Positions 36,674-47,355 of a DNA stretch of 64,000 nt are shown piece by piece. Source of the DNA: a virus. Every line of letters starts with the position of its first letter. Positions within the stretch are counted from its first letter, which is position 1. Below the pieces are notes generated by a model. That model saw only the letters and a program-made list of their open reading frames with translations, did no database searches and had not been told where the DNA came from. The DNA lies in the IMG/VR virus record IMGVR_UViG_3300025914_000010, positions 1 through 64,000 of that record. One strand, written 5' to 3'. The translations under genes were made by a program, and so were the position numbers.

Positions 36674-37386
36674 ATTCTGCGCAGGAGCAATTGGACTTGT
36701 TCGGGCAAATCCCTGTTACCGAGTTCTGTCACAAATGTAAACGCGACAAACCATTGTCGGATTTTCACAAATGCCGATGGCGTAAACATGGTGTTCATTG
36801 GTGGTGCAAGGAATGCAGACGCACTCACGAAAAGAACTTGTATAGGAAGCCCCCAAAGACTAGCATCAGATGGACACCGCCGCCAACCGACACAGAAAAA
36901 ATGTGTTCTAAATGCCGAGCATGGAAACCGTTTGATGCTTTTCGCCCACGGTCTGATCGTCCTACCAGGATGAACTCAGAGTGCCGTGTGTGCGAAGATG
37001 AATATCGTCTTCGATCTCGTCGTGAGCGGCGGCAAAAAGTAATCGAGCACTACGGCGGCAAATGCGTTTATTGTGAAGAAGACCGTCTGGAGTACCTGGA
37101 AATGGACCATGTAAACAATGACGGCAAATTCCACAGAATGCGCAATAGCGATAAAGGGAATGCAAGTGAAATTTGCGGTTGGCTTATTAAGCATAACTTC
37201 CCAAACAATTTTCAAATTTTGTGTACCAAGTGCAACCTTGCAAAGTCTAGGTTTTCCGGCGAGATGCCACCACTTTTTAAGCAAGTGGGCAGCCTTGCAT
37301 GGAAACAGGCAATCCATTGGCTTGTTAGTCAAATGGGCGGTCGCGATGCTGTTTTGGCAGAAGTTCAAAGTTTGTCTTCTACATAA
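36670..37386 (+). CDS. HNH endonuclease with N-terminal zinc ribbons
   Basis: YGGKCVYC...LEMDHVNNDG...FQILCTKCNLAK; low GC. Confidence 0.88.
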   Translation: MNSAQEQLDLFGQIPVTEFCHKCKRDKPLSDFHKCRWRKHGVHWWCKECRRTHEKNLYRKPPKTSIRWTPPPTDTEKMCSKCRAWKPFDAFRPRSDRPTRMNSECRVCEDEYRLRSRRERRQKVIEHYGGKCVYCEEDRLEYLEMDHVNNDGKFHRMRNSDKGNASEICGWLIKHNFPNNFQILCTKCNLAKSRFSGEMPPLFKQVGSLAWKQAIHWLVSQMGGRDAVLAEVQSLSST

Positions 37387-39871
37387 TAATGCACGAATCG
37401 GCATTTCCGGGTGTCCACTGTCGTGCCCTTGTTCTCATGCTGTTCCATATTCTGAACCATATTCTTAATCCTGAAAGATTAGTCGTCGTTCTTAAAGTGA
37501 AGACAAAATTTAATTGGCCGTCATCAACATTATTCCACTGTTTCGAGGCTAAAATTCTGTCCGGTGCCCACCAATTCCAGATGTCGTCGTGCAGCGGCCA
37601 TGAAGCAACCCTGTTGTCGGGGTTCGTCGGTTCCGAAGCACTCACCGCCGCTCCGACGTAACTCTGCGTGAAGCCGCAGCTCGGCGCGGTCCAGAGACCG
37701 AGGAATTGGTAGGTGTAATACCCTTGCGCGTCGGGACCGGCGGAAATAATGTTGTCAACCGTAAAATCGGTGATCGTGTAACACGTGATGCTCTGGCTGA
37801 AAGAGCCAGGCGTCGCCGTCAGGATTGCGCTCGGCAGCGACTCGTTCCCATCTGCATCCACTGAAGTTACGTACACCCACACCTGCACCCCGGCGGTCAG
37901 CGGGCCGAGGATGGACGCGCCGGATGCCGGGTCTGCGACTTTATAGAACGCAAAACCGCTGTTCTCGCTCGTCGAGGAAAGATAGACATTCACGTGATCG
38001 ACGGTCGGGTCGGTGATGAAATCGAAAAGCGCGGTCAGTTCTGTTGGGTCGCCGCCGACGATATTTAAATCCGTCAGGTTGGGAGCCGTCGCCGCCTGCG
38101 TCACGTACGGGATGAACTCGCCCTTCGCGAGCCACTGCCCGTAGGTGATGCTATGCGTGATCGCTACGAGCGACCACAGTTCCTGTAGCCTCTCTTTACC
38201 AGTCGCACTCGAAGCCCGAGCATAGAGATTGGGGCGCGCAGGTGCTCGGAACCCGAATATCTGCTTGATGCGCGTCTCGAATGTCGGGCGAATTCCGGCG
38301 CTTAAAGTCTCCAGGTTCCACGCGTAATCGCGCAGGAAGTGGTCGGCAACTTTCTCTCGCAGCGGGATCGTGCTCGCAAGCGGGTTGGTGATCCGTGTCG
38401 TCCGTGTGCCGTATCGCGCGACGCTGTTCGGTTCAAATCCTGTAATCGTCCCGGACCCGCTCGCCTTGCTGGTGCCGGTCTGCACGACCACACGATTGCG
38501 CATCTGCTTACCAGTCGCCTGCCGTTCGCAGTCGAACACGTCGTAGCAGCCATCATTGGCAGCGATGCACACGCGATCGGGATAATCCTGGCTGAAGGGC
38601 GGCTCAACCGCCTGCAGCACTCCATTTCCATCAGCATAGAAATTCCAGCCGATAACGCCGAACAACTCCTCGCAGTACCCAAGCATCGAATTCGTCTGGC
38701 CCTGCCAGAGCGGATAACGCAGGCCAGTCAGATTGCTGCCGTTCGCCCATCCGATCTCGGAACTGCTGAACGGCGCATCGTACTCCGATTCCGACTTCCA
38801 GTAAGCGGTGCTCGTCAGCAGCGAATAGACGATATCAGCAAGTTCGATCCCGCCACTGCTCGTCTGCCGGTACGGTGCCGTCAAAAACACGTCGTTGTTG
38901 TCTGCGAGCCGCTTCTTCATATCCACAGCCACGCATCGCACCTTCCCGGTATTCGAGAAGTCGAGCGTGTCGCCGAGGAACCCAGTAAAGATGTTCGCGC
39001 CAAGAGCCTTGTATATCTCGCCTCCATAGACCGCCAACTCGTCTAGCCCTAGCGTCTGCGCACCGGTCGGGATGATCCGAAAGCGAATGTACCGCGCCGA
39101 CGCCCGCAGGTCCGTAAACACCACATCAACTGTCGTGCCTTGCCGACTGTCCCCCCAATCGCCAGGATCAATGCTCACCGATCCGTTGCCACCAACCGGG
39201 CGCGTCGGCCAGGGAGTGTAATCGGTTCCGTTGGTCGAAAGCGCCACGGTCACGGAAGAAGGCAGGCGGAAATCCGTGCCGCTCGACCCTCCTACGTACG
39301 TCGCAAACCGGATCACGCAGTGCTTGATGTCGCTCGCGGCTCCGAGATCAACCGTCAGGTCGATGGGCGTCGCATCTGTGGGCGCGAACTCCACGTATCC
39401 GCTGATACTGTTCGTGATGTTCCCGAGGATACCGTCGGTCAGCACGCTCAACGGCCCCGCGCTCGGGCTGCGGGTGCTCGTGACGCTTAGCCCGACCGCG
39501 AGGTTGGTGTAACAGTTCGTGCCGACACGAGCGACGATCTTGCGCGCTTCATCCAGCAGTGGGTCAAAGTCGCCGTTGGTGTTGAAATTATACGGACTTT
39601 GCTTATTCTTCCGTCCGTAGAACCCGTACTGGTCGGGCAGGGTGAACGAGAGCGTGGACGGCTGCTTGTAAACCTGCGCCAATTCTAAGCCATTATCCGG
39701 CCCCGTGATCGGCTGCTCGGGAAAGAGATGCCACGCCGAATCGCGGCGATACCACAACTCGATCGGGTTTTCCGCATATCGAGAGATGCGGTGCACGCGA
39801 GCAGCCAGCGTTCGTGCGTCGCTGTCGATCTCCTGTATCTGGGTCTCGTACGTCGCAAACGGGTTGCTCAT
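37379..39871 (-). CDS. Minor tail/baseplate hub protein with discoidin- and FN3-like segments
   Basis: Directly after tape measure; WNFYADGNG, RNRVVV, SVARYG; VYVTSVDADGNES. Confidence 0.75.
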   Translation of the reverse strand: MSNPFATYETQIQEIDSDARTLAARVHRISRYAENPIELWYRRDSAWHLFPEQPITGPDNGLELAQVYKQPSTLSFTLPDQYGFYGRKNKQSPYNFNTNGDFDPLLDEARKIVARVGTNCYTNLAVGLSVTSTRSPSAGPLSVLTDGILGNITNSISGYVEFAPTDATPIDLTVDLGAASDIKHCVIRFATYVGGSSGTDFRLPSSVTVALSTNGTDYTPWPTRPVGGNGSVSIDPGDWGDSRQGTTVDVVFTDLRASARYIRFRIIPTGAQTLGLDELAVYGGEIYKALGANIFTGFLGDTLDFSNTGKVRCVAVDMKKRLADNNDVFLTAPYRQTSSGGIELADIVYSLLTSTAYWKSESEYDAPFSSSEIGWANGSNLTGLRYPLWQGQTNSMLGYCEELFGVIGWNFYADGNGVLQAVEPPFSQDYPDRVCIAANDGCYDVFDCERQATGKQMRNRVVVQTGTSKASGSGTITGFEPNSVARYGTRTTRITNPLASTIPLREKVADHFLRDYAWNLETLSAGIRPTFETRIKQIFGFRAPARPNLYARASSATGKERLQELWSLVAITHSITYGQWLAKGEFIPYVTQAATAPNLTDLNIVGGDPTELTALFDFITDPTVDHVNVYLSSTSENSGFAFYKVADPASGASILGPLTAGVQVWVYVTSVDADGNESLPSAILTATPGSFSQSITCYTITDFTVDNIISAGPDAQGYYTYQFLGLWTAPSCGFTQSYVGAAVSASEPTNPDNRVASWPLHDDIWNWWAPDRILASKQWNNVDDGQLNFVFTLRTTTNLSGLRIWFRIWNSMRTRARQWTPGNADSCIIM

Positions 39872-42800
39872 ACCGGCTGCAGCCCAAAATCACCGCCGTG
39901 GTTGAACAGCGAAGCGGTCCCGAGGCTCGTCTGCTGCGCGATAACGCGCTGCGTCGTCGTCTTCACGCCATCAACGTAGTTGTTAATCTCGAAGATCGGC
40001 GCATTCGTCGGCGGCACGGCAAACCCCACGTTCTGCATCGTCGGCTTGATCCCGTAAGCGGTGTAGTTGTACGCGCCAATGTCAAATGCTGAAGGAGCGT
40101 TGTAGAGACTGGGATTGAGGTCCTGCGGCGTCTGCGTCGGCTTGTTGCTCTGATGGAAAAGACCGCCGATCAGGTCCGCCACGCCGCCAACGGCCGCGCC
40201 GATCAATCCACCGATCGGCCCTCCGAAGCTCGCGCCGATGCTCGCGCCGGTAATCACGCCGCCAAGGAGGTTCCCCGCATTCACGCCCTGCTGCGCCGCC
40301 GTCGCGCCGATGCTGTAGGCCGCGAGCGCTGCACCGCCCGCTTTCTGCAAATCGGTCTGCCCAGCCTTGCGCCCCTTCGAACTCGTGCCCGTGCTGTTGC
40401 CGCCGCCCGTGCCTGCTGCCTGCGCGAAGCCGGCGACCACGCCCGCTGCCACGCTCTGTGCGACTGGCGAATTCGAAATGTTTCCGGTCGGCACGCCGAC
40501 GCCGGTTCCTGTACCTGAGAGCGTTGCGTTTAGCGCGTCGAGGGCGTCGGTGTTCCCCTGGAGGCTCAATATCTGGTTCGTCGTCGTCTGGATAAGGGGA
40601 TCGGTGAACCGTTTGATCTGCGCCTCAAGCGCGGCATCGACGATCTTCCCGCCAATGTCCTGTGCTACCGTCCCGATGTCCCCGCGCCCGTGGAAAAAAT
40701 TCAGGAACGCGCTGTTCACCGTCTCCTTCACGCTCCCGAAGACGTTCTGGTACTTCTGCAGCGCGCTCTCGATCTTGAAGTCACTCAGGTTCTGCTGCGC
40801 CTCCTGCAAGTTCTTCGAAGCCTTGCGGATCTCGCTATTGCCTGTCTCGCTGTACACCCCCTCGTTGATCTTCTTAACGGCGTCGAGGTGCTCCTGCGCT
40901 GTATGGATAAGTTCCTGGTACTTCGCGATCGTATCTTTCGTCGCGGCTCCTTCATCAGCGGCGAACTTTAACCGGTGCAGATGGTTGATCTCCTCGGCCT
41001 TAAGTTGATACGCGTCGGCTTCCGTCTGCACGCGCTTCTGATAGGCTTCCGCCGCAACCTTGTCCTTGAAGTCGATGAGCGCCGCGTTCGCGTCTGCGAG
41101 TTTATTGCGCATCTCCTTGAGTTGATCGACGTTCTCCTGCGTCGGCGATGTGATTTTCGCGAGAGCATCTACGGCCGCCTGAATGATCTCAACCGCCCGC
41201 TGCAGGCGCGAACTCTCGGCTGCGTTCTGGTTCGTGAAGATGTCGTTGCCGCGCGCGCCCCGCTGGAGCGCGTTCAGCCGGTCCTGTACCGCTTCGCCGA
41301 GGCTCTGCCCGTACTGGTTCTGAAGCGCCGCCGGACTGATACCGGTCCCGAAGAAGCCCTGCATGAAAGTCGTCGCCAGTTCCTTCAACGCATCCTTCTG
41401 CGTCGCCCCCGTGCCAGTCAGCCCCGCATTGATCTCCCGCAATTCCCCCGGCCCTGCCGCTGCCCGTTCCGCGAGGTCGGCTGCCTTTGCCGCTGCAATC
41501 GCCTGCGGGCTGAGGACGCCGTGCTGCTTAACGGCGATGTCGTAATCCCGACGCGTCGTCTCGGCGCGCGCCTTCATCATCGCTTCGGAGGCGTCGTGTG
41601 CGTTCTGCCACGCTTCGTTCTCGGCTTTCAGCGCGTCTTCGCGCGCCTTGTCCGCCTTGTCCGCCAACTCAACCTGCGCACCTTCGCGATTCGCGTTCAG
41701 CATCATCCGTGTCGCGTTGTCGTTCTCGGCCTTCGCGATCTGCTTGCGCAGGTTGTCGGTTTTCACCGCCGCCGCGACAATCTCGGGCGACTGGTAGTTC
41801 GGAGCCGCCTTCTCGCTTTCCTGGCCCACAAGGATGTCGAACTGTGCTTTCGCGGTGTTGTACTTGTCCTTCAGCGCGTCCATGTACTGCCGCGCCGCTT
41901 CGTTGGCCGCTCTCTCGGCGTCCTTGTCAGGAGGCGGCGTGTAGCCTCCCTTGACGTGCAGATTGCCCGTGTTTGGGTTTGCGGGTTGAAGTCCGACGGG
42001 AGGCAAACCGAAATGCGCGTTCTGGAGTTGTTGCTGCATAACGCGGGCGTCGCGCTGCATCGCCATCTGAACTTCGTGCAGCGAGATCCCCGCTTCCCTG
42101 GCGTACCGATACTTCACCATCTCGGCTTCGGCGGGCGTCATGCCGTCGGTGACGAGGTTCCAGTTCCATCCCTGGCCGATCGGCCTATTCATATCTTGTG
42201 GCGCTTGAAACGGACCCGAAGCCTGCGATCTGCGAATATTTCCCAGTGACTGTTGAACTGCACCCTGCGTGGTAGTTACGGCCTGCCTGACCGGAGCACC
42301 AGGTGCTAGAGCGCCGCGAGTGAACGCATCTCGTCCCTGCTGAAAGTCACGAACGATGCGCATCGCTTCTAGGATGTGCTGCAGGTCGTCCCCGATGCCA
42401 TGCAGCCAACCACGCAGAGGACTTATATCGATCAGGTTGGATAGATACGAGAAGGCCCCACCCCACACTCGTTTCCACTCCTGTTCAGTGGTCGTCATCG
42501 TCTGACGCAGATTGTCCGTCTCAGATGTCAACCCGTGCGTCGCCTTGGTAGCAGCATCCAATTTCTCCTGGATAACGCGCAGGAACTCGGGGTTAACCGT
42601 GCCGAACAACCGCCAAGCCTGCTGCGTGCCGCTGATCGCCTGCGAGAACTTCTGAGCAGTTGCGACTGGCATTCGGCTCGCGACTTCGTTGAAGTTCTTC
42701 ATCGTCTGGATCAAATCCAGACCGCCGGACGGAGTAAGCCCTGCCTGAAGTGTCGCGCCCTTGTTGCTGATAAGCCCGGTCGCGGGATTGAAATGTTGGA

Positions 42801-43698
42801 TCATCTGCGAGATCAACTGCGCCGACTCCGTGCCGCCCATCCTGCCGCGAACGCCCTCGAATGTTAGCGCGGAGATAGTCGCCGCCACTTGCTCCAGCGG
42901 TACGTGCGCTGCCTCTGCGATAGGGCCGAGATACTTCAATGAATTCGTGATCTCGGAAATCTCAGCCGCCGAGCCTTTCCACATGGACGCCAGCAGTTCG
43001 CCGGATCGCCTCATCTTCTCGCTCTGATCGACATTCTTTCCGAGCTGGTCACCAAATTGGTTGTAAACCTGCAGCATCGCCCGCGTCACGTCGCGCGCAT
43101 CGCTCTCGGTCCCCACCACGAGGTTCATGCTCGTCTGAAGTGCGGAAAACGCTGCCGCGTTGTCCTTAATCTGCGTCTTAAGCTGATAGTAAGCCTCACC
43201 GATGTCCTTGATATCGGCCCCCGTGCGCGCCGCCTCCGCCGCGAAATCAGCCCGAATTCCCGGTGTGCTGCCTGCCGGAGAAACCCGCTGAACCCGCGCC
43301 GCCTGCTTCTCCATCTCCTTCATCGCTTCAAATGCCGCGGTGATCGATCGCGTCACGCCCTCGAACACGAGCGAAACGGCGCGGTACTGCAGCATCCGTG
43401 CGAACAGGTTCCCCATTTGACCGCTCGCGCTATTCGCGGAATTTCCCATGTTCGTGATGCTGGTCGTCGCGCTGTTAATCGACCGGTTGACGTTGTTGGT
43501 CGTGTTGTTGATCGTCACGAACTGCGAGCCAAGCCGGTTCGCCCCCTGCGCGCTCGCCTGCATCGCTGCGTTGAAGTTGACGTAGCTTGCCGTGAGCGAC
43601 TGCAGGCGTCGGTCGTGCGTGCCGAGCGACGTGTTAAGTGCCTGAAGGTCGGAAAGACCGAGCACTTCTACCTGGATTTGACTGCGCCGAGTTGCCAT
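39868..43698 (-). CDS. Tail tape measure protein
   Basis: 1276 aa, helical and Ala-rich; TP901-like core; C-terminal GGPIGGLIGAAVGG. Confidence 0.9.
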   Translation of the reverse strand: MATRRSQIQVEVLGLSDLQALNTSLGTHDRRLQSLTASYVNFNAAMQASAQGANRLGSQFVTINNTTNNVNRSINSATTSITNMGNSANSASGQMGNLFARMLQYRAVSLVFEGVTRSITAAFEAMKEMEKQAARVQRVSPAGSTPGIRADFAAEAARTGADIKDIGEAYYQLKTQIKDNAAAFSALQTSMNLVVGTESDARDVTRAMLQVYNQFGDQLGKNVDQSEKMRRSGELLASMWKGSAAEISEITNSLKYLGPIAEAAHVPLEQVAATISALTFEGVRGRMGGTESAQLISQMIQHFNPATGLISNKGATLQAGLTPSGGLDLIQTMKNFNEVASRMPVATAQKFSQAISGTQQAWRLFGTVNPEFLRVIQEKLDAATKATHGLTSETDNLRQTMTTTEQEWKRVWGGAFSYLSNLIDISPLRGWLHGIGDDLQHILEAMRIVRDFQQGRDAFTRGALAPGAPVRQAVTTTQGAVQQSLGNIRRSQASGPFQAPQDMNRPIGQGWNWNLVTDGMTPAEAEMVKYRYAREAGISLHEVQMAMQRDARVMQQQLQNAHFGLPPVGLQPANPNTGNLHVKGGYTPPPDKDAERAANEAARQYMDALKDKYNTAKAQFDILVGQESEKAAPNYQSPEIVAAAVKTDNLRKQIAKAENDNATRMMLNANREGAQVELADKADKAREDALKAENEAWQNAHDASEAMMKARAETTRRDYDIAVKQHGVLSPQAIAAAKAADLAERAAAGPGELREINAGLTGTGATQKDALKELATTFMQGFFGTGISPAALQNQYGQSLGEAVQDRLNALQRGARGNDIFTNQNAAESSRLQRAVEIIQAAVDALAKITSPTQENVDQLKEMRNKLADANAALIDFKDKVAAEAYQKRVQTEADAYQLKAEEINHLHRLKFAADEGAATKDTIAKYQELIHTAQEHLDAVKKINEGVYSETGNSEIRKASKNLQEAQQNLSDFKIESALQKYQNVFGSVKETVNSAFLNFFHGRGDIGTVAQDIGGKIVDAALEAQIKRFTDPLIQTTTNQILSLQGNTDALDALNATLSGTGTGVGVPTGNISNSPVAQSVAAGVVAGFAQAAGTGGGNSTGTSSKGRKAGQTDLQKAGGAALAAYSIGATAAQQGVNAGNLLGGVITGASIGASFGGPIGGLIGAAVGGVADLIGGLFHQSNKPTQTPQDLNPSLYNAPSAFDIGAYNYTAYGIKPTMQNVGFAVPPTNAPIFEINNYVDGVKTTTQRVIAQQTSLGTASLFNHGGDFGLQPV

Positions 43699-43743
43699 TG
43701 CTGTGAGGTATTATCCTTAACGCTGCATAGGAGGCAGCCGAAC

Positions 43744-43902
43744 ATGCCGAACGAACCACAACGCCCACCGATGTCGCCCACTGACCAACTCTCAAGCTGC
43801 ATCATGTGGAGTTGCGCCGTGATCGTCGTCATCGGCGGCGTCATCGGGCTTATCTTCGCCGCTATTCTCTTCTCAGGCGCGTGGAAAGTGCTTCATCCCT
43901 AA
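43744..43902 (+). CDS. Small antisense membrane protein (moron)
   Basis: AGGAGG RBS; single TM. Confidence 0.6.
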   Translation: MPNEPQRPPMSPTDQLSSCIMWSCAVIVVIGGVIGLIFAAILFSGAWKVLHP

Positions 43903-44354
43903 AGTGTCATCTCTTGGACGATAATGTCGCATAGCATCTCGTCGAGATGACCTTCGACCATATCCAGCCCTTTTTCGAGAAAGTGCGCGATCTCTTCCCA
44001 GTGTTCGGCGTAGTCGAAGCCGCCGTCGGTCGCCTGCCCGTCTTCGACCTGCACCACGAACCCGTTTCCGTCGGGGATGACCGTAAGCGCGTTGTACATC
44101 TCGCCGCTCAAAATCAGCGGCTGGTCGGGCGATTTCCCTGGGAACCGCCGCAACTCTTTCAGGGATTGCTTGCGCGCCGCGTATTCCGGCGTCAGTCGAT
44201 AGAGGTAGTCCTGCCCAAGATTGTGACGGATAGCATCGAGCAGGTACGTTCCCGCCTCCGACTGGAAGCGCTCGCGGATACGCTGCGTCAGACCGGATCC
44301 CGGCACCGCCTGGAGCGTCGGCAGCGTCAACTTCAACTTCAACTGGTACGGCAT
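43899..44354 (-). CDS. Neck/tail-completion protein (HK97 gp10-like)
   Basis: LTPEYAARK...PLILSGEMYNAL. Confidence 0.65.
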   Translation of the reverse strand: MPYQLKLKLTLPTLQAVPGSGLTQRIRERFQSEAGTYLLDAIRHNLGQDYLYRLTPEYAARKQSLKELRRFPGKSPDQPLILSGEMYNALTVIPDGNGFVVQVEDGQATDGGFDYAEHWEEIAHFLEKGLDMVEGHLDEMLCDIIVQEMTL

Positions 44355-44702
44355 CTACCGGCTCGCCTCGACTTCCAGCGCCGCACAGAAACTCTGGTAG
44401 ACGGCGTAGACCGCTGCCGGCCCGTGGTAGGTCGTCACCTTCCCGGTCTTCTTGTGGGTGTACTTCATCGGCAGATTTCGCTCGAACACGACCTCTAGTT
44501 GTCCGCGATAGAGCCGCCCGATGTCGCCGCTCGATTGCTGGATCGCGTTCACCATCCCGAGCCACTGCAGCACGTCCACCGCCCAGTGCGGCAGATCAGG
44601 CTGGTTGATGACGACACCGCTCATTCGGAAATTCAGCGGGTCGCCGAGCCGGTAGATCGCACTTAGCCCCGACGTACCGAGGATACGCCGGGCTAGGTAG
44701 GG
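44355..44702 (-). CDS. Frameshift extension of the tail assembly chaperone (GT-like)
   Basis: -1 frame open from CCCTACC at 44696-44702 through 44355. Confidence 0.6.
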   Translation of the reverse strand, partial: PYLARRILGTSGLSAIYRLGDPLNFRMSGVVINQPDLPHWAVDVLQWLGMVNAIQQSSGDIGRLYRGQLEVVFERNLPMKYTHKKTGKVTTYHGPAAVYAVYQSFCAALEVEASR

Positions 44703-45370
44703 ATCTCTTCCTGCTTCACGGTGTCGAGCGTCTTGTAGTAGAACTCGCGCAGCGCCTCCTGAACAGCGTCGTCAGCGTCCTCGTACGCCTCCGCGCTCTT
44801 GAAGTACCGCTGCGTGTGGTCGTCGGGCAGACGCGTCGCGCGGTAGATCGTTTCGCGCTCGCGCCGCTTGATGAACGCCTTGCCCCACTCGTTGGCGTAA
44901 AACGTCTCGCAGCACCGTTCCTGGCGCACGCGGGCGGTTAGGTCGAGGTTCTTCTTGATCTCGGCGCGATACCGTGTCTCGAACGCCTTCTGCCGCTTAT
45001 CGTCCGCCTTCTTACACTCCTCTTCCCACGTAACCACTCTCTTACCGAACTCCTCCGGGCTGTCTTCGCCCTGCGTCGGCTTTTCTGGAATAGGGTATTT
45101 CTCGAACACTTCGCGCCGCATTTCCGGGAACTCGTTCTGTGCAAGGTAGGCTGCTTGATCCTCCTGGCTTTTCGCTTTGATCTCCGCGACCACATCCGCA
45201 TAATCGCTCTGGCCCTTCAGGAACGGCCGCGCCTCTTTCTGTGCGTACCACCGCGCCTTCTCGTCCGCCTCTTCGAAGAGACGAGAGTTCAGCGTGCACA
45301 CCCAGACGCGATCGCCGTTCGGCAAGGTTAGGTCGCCAGCGGTTCTGCGGGGAAATTCTGCATCTGACAT
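44693..45370 (-). CDS. Tail assembly chaperone (G-like)
   Basis: Between tail tube and tape measure; GGAGG RBS; ends EEIPT*. Confidence 0.7.
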   Translation of the reverse strand: MSDAEFPRRTAGDLTLPNGDRVWVCTLNSRLFEEADEKARWYAQKEARPFLKGQSDYADVVAEIKAKSQEDQAAYLAQNEFPEMRREVFEKYPIPEKPTQGEDSPEEFGKRVVTWEEECKKADDKRQKAFETRYRAEIKKNLDLTARVRQERCCETFYANEWGKAFIKRRERETIYRATRLPDDHTQRYFKSAEAYEDADDAVQEALREFYYKTLDTVKQEEIPT

Positions 45371-45451
45371 AAGGTTAAGCCGCCCTCCTATTGCGGCCAT
45401 TGACCTTGCCGAGACGCAGCGGATAGGAGCCACCGCATCTCGGCAAGTAGG

Positions 45452-46675
45452 TTACGCGGTAGATAGCCAGCCTCCCAAGCCTGCCCCATCCTGCGGATAC
45501 TGCCCGGCCAGCGCCGCGTGTGTGAATGCGTTACGCAGCCGTATCTGGCACGAGTAGCCGAGTACCGGGTCTTTCTTGGCCTGGAAGTTGCCGCCGACGG
45601 TCATCGTCTTATCCGCGCGCGTCCGGTCGGCGTCCATGAACTTCAGGTGAGGCAGGTAGAGTTCGTATTCGTAGTAGTAGCCGGTCGATCCGATCTGCGC
45701 GCCCCGGAACAGCATGTTGATGCCGAACTTGCAGTTGGCGAGCGTCCCCTGTATGACCTGGTTGTCGCGGAAGATGATGTCCATCTTCCCGCTCACGCTG
45801 AAGCCGCCCGCGACTGGCACGGAAGCATCGTAGCCGGAGCCGCCAACCATGTTGCGCTCGATGTCGCGAGTCAGTTTCACGCTGAAGCCGGGCAGGAAGT
45901 CGGCGGTGATGGGGTTGTCGTTGAGGGTCACGAAGGCGGAAGAGAAACCGGCGGCGTTGCCGTTGAACATGTTGGCGAAGACAAGCGGCCCGTTCCCACA
46001 GTTCGTCTGCGCGACATCGACGTAGTTGGGTGAAAGGTTGATCTTGACTTGCTTCGTATGGTCGCCGCCGAGTTGTGAGGGTAGCAGCCCTGCCGTGCTG
46101 GTAAAGTCGTAGTCGGTATCGACGCCTCCCGCTGCCGGGTAGCGGTTCGGGATCTGCCGGTGGGCGTAGTAGTTCGCCTCCATCATCAGGATCGCGGTGT
46201 GGTTCAGCGTAATCTCGTTGAAACAGACGCCGGTCGAGAGTTGCCCGTTGGTAGCATCGCCGAAACTCTCTTCCTGCGTAAAGCTCGGCATGTAGTGCGG
46301 GAACTTCGCGTACATCACGTGGTCGTAAACGCCGGACGTAACCGTGCTCTCGACGTCGCGACCGAGGATGCCGAGGAGTGGGTAATAGGCGTTCTCGGGG
46401 TCGAGTTTCCAACTATCCTTGCCGTCGTAGAGTTTGCCGGTGAGAGTGATCCGGTGGACTTCGAAATCGCCATCCTGCTCCGTGCTCGCGACATCTTTCG
46501 TCGGCTTCGTCGGATACCCGCCGCCCGGTTCCACTCCAATAAAGCGCATCGGGTTTGTCGCTGCGATGCCCGCGTTGTAGACGTTCCCGCTCAAGTTGGT
46601 AAGCGGGGCCGATCGAAAAGCGCTCTCGATCGCAAATCCCACCGCGCTTGACCTGCCGCTCTGTGCACCAGACAT
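45452..46675 (-). CDS. Major tail tube protein
   Basis: G..S.VGFAIES.F N-terminus; PSFTQE; SVSGKMDIIF; strong codon bias. Confidence 0.8.
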   Translation of the reverse strand: MSGAQSGRSSAVGFAIESAFRSAPLTNLSGNVYNAGIAATNPMRFIGVEPGGGYPTKPTKDVASTEQDGDFEVHRITLTGKLYDGKDSWKLDPENAYYPLLGILGRDVESTVTSGVYDHVMYAKFPHYMPSFTQEESFGDATNGQLSTGVCFNEITLNHTAILMMEANYYAHRQIPNRYPAAGGVDTDYDFTSTAGLLPSQLGGDHTKQVKINLSPNYVDVAQTNCGNGPLVFANMFNGNAAGFSSAFVTLNDNPITADFLPGFSVKLTRDIERNMVGGSGYDASVPVAGGFSVSGKMDIIFRDNQVIQGTLANCKFGINMLFRGAQIGSTGYYYEYELYLPHLKFMDADRTRADKTMTVGGNFQAKKDPVLGYSCQIRLRNAFTHAALAGQYPQDGAGLGGWLSTA

Positions 46676-46794
46676 TGTTTTTTGAACCTCCCTGCAAACG
46701 TCGTCCTCCGGCTGCGCCGCAGGAAGTGCAACAAAAAAGGGAACGGCCCGAAGGTCGCTCCCCGTTTACTCACATCACTGGTAAACCGAAAATC

Positions 46795-47355
46795 TTACGC
46801 GTCACACCCGACGAACCACGAATATCTGATCTGGAGAGGCAGTACGCATATCGCTTCCGCCACCTGCTGATTGTTCGCACCCGTCGCCGAGAGCCACACG
46901 CGCTCGCTCAGCGCGCCGCCGCCCGCGTTCCCCGGTATCGTCAGCTCGTACCAGTAGCCGGAAACAACGATCTGCTGGAGCAGGATTTGCTTGATGTTGT
47001 GCCGGAGCTGGTTGCGCTGCTTGCGCGCCGAGAACTTGTCCGCCGCCTGCACCGCGACGATCAGCGGGACCACGAGCACTCGATACTCGACACGCCCGCC
47101 GCTCGTCTGAACGGGGAAGTCGAGGCTGTCAGTCGCCTCCATCGCCCGCGTTCCCACATAAACCGCAGGGCGGTGCTTGCTGCCGTCGTCGTCGTACGGC
47201 TTGTCGAAGAGATTGATGTACCCGGCTGCGGGCGAACCACTCACGTCGGGGCGCAGCACACCCGTCCAGCCCGCGCCATAGGCGTTGCCACCGGCGTAGA
47301 GGCTCGCGTCCGCCTGCAGGATGTCGAGGACCTTGTCGCAAATCTTTTCGATCAC
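46795..47355 (-). CDS. Tail terminator-like protein
   Basis: Position before tail tube; GTGA overlap with GT9 gene. Confidence 0.65.
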   Translation of the reverse strand: MIEKICDKVLDILQADASLYAGGNAYGAGWTGVLRPDVSGSPAAGYINLFDKPYDDDGSKHRPAVYVGTRAMEATDSLDFPVQTSGGRVEYRVLVVPLIVAVQAADKFSARKQRNQLRHNIKQILLQQIVVSGYWYELTIPGNAGGGALSERVWLSATGANNQQVAEAICVLPLQIRYSWFVGCDA

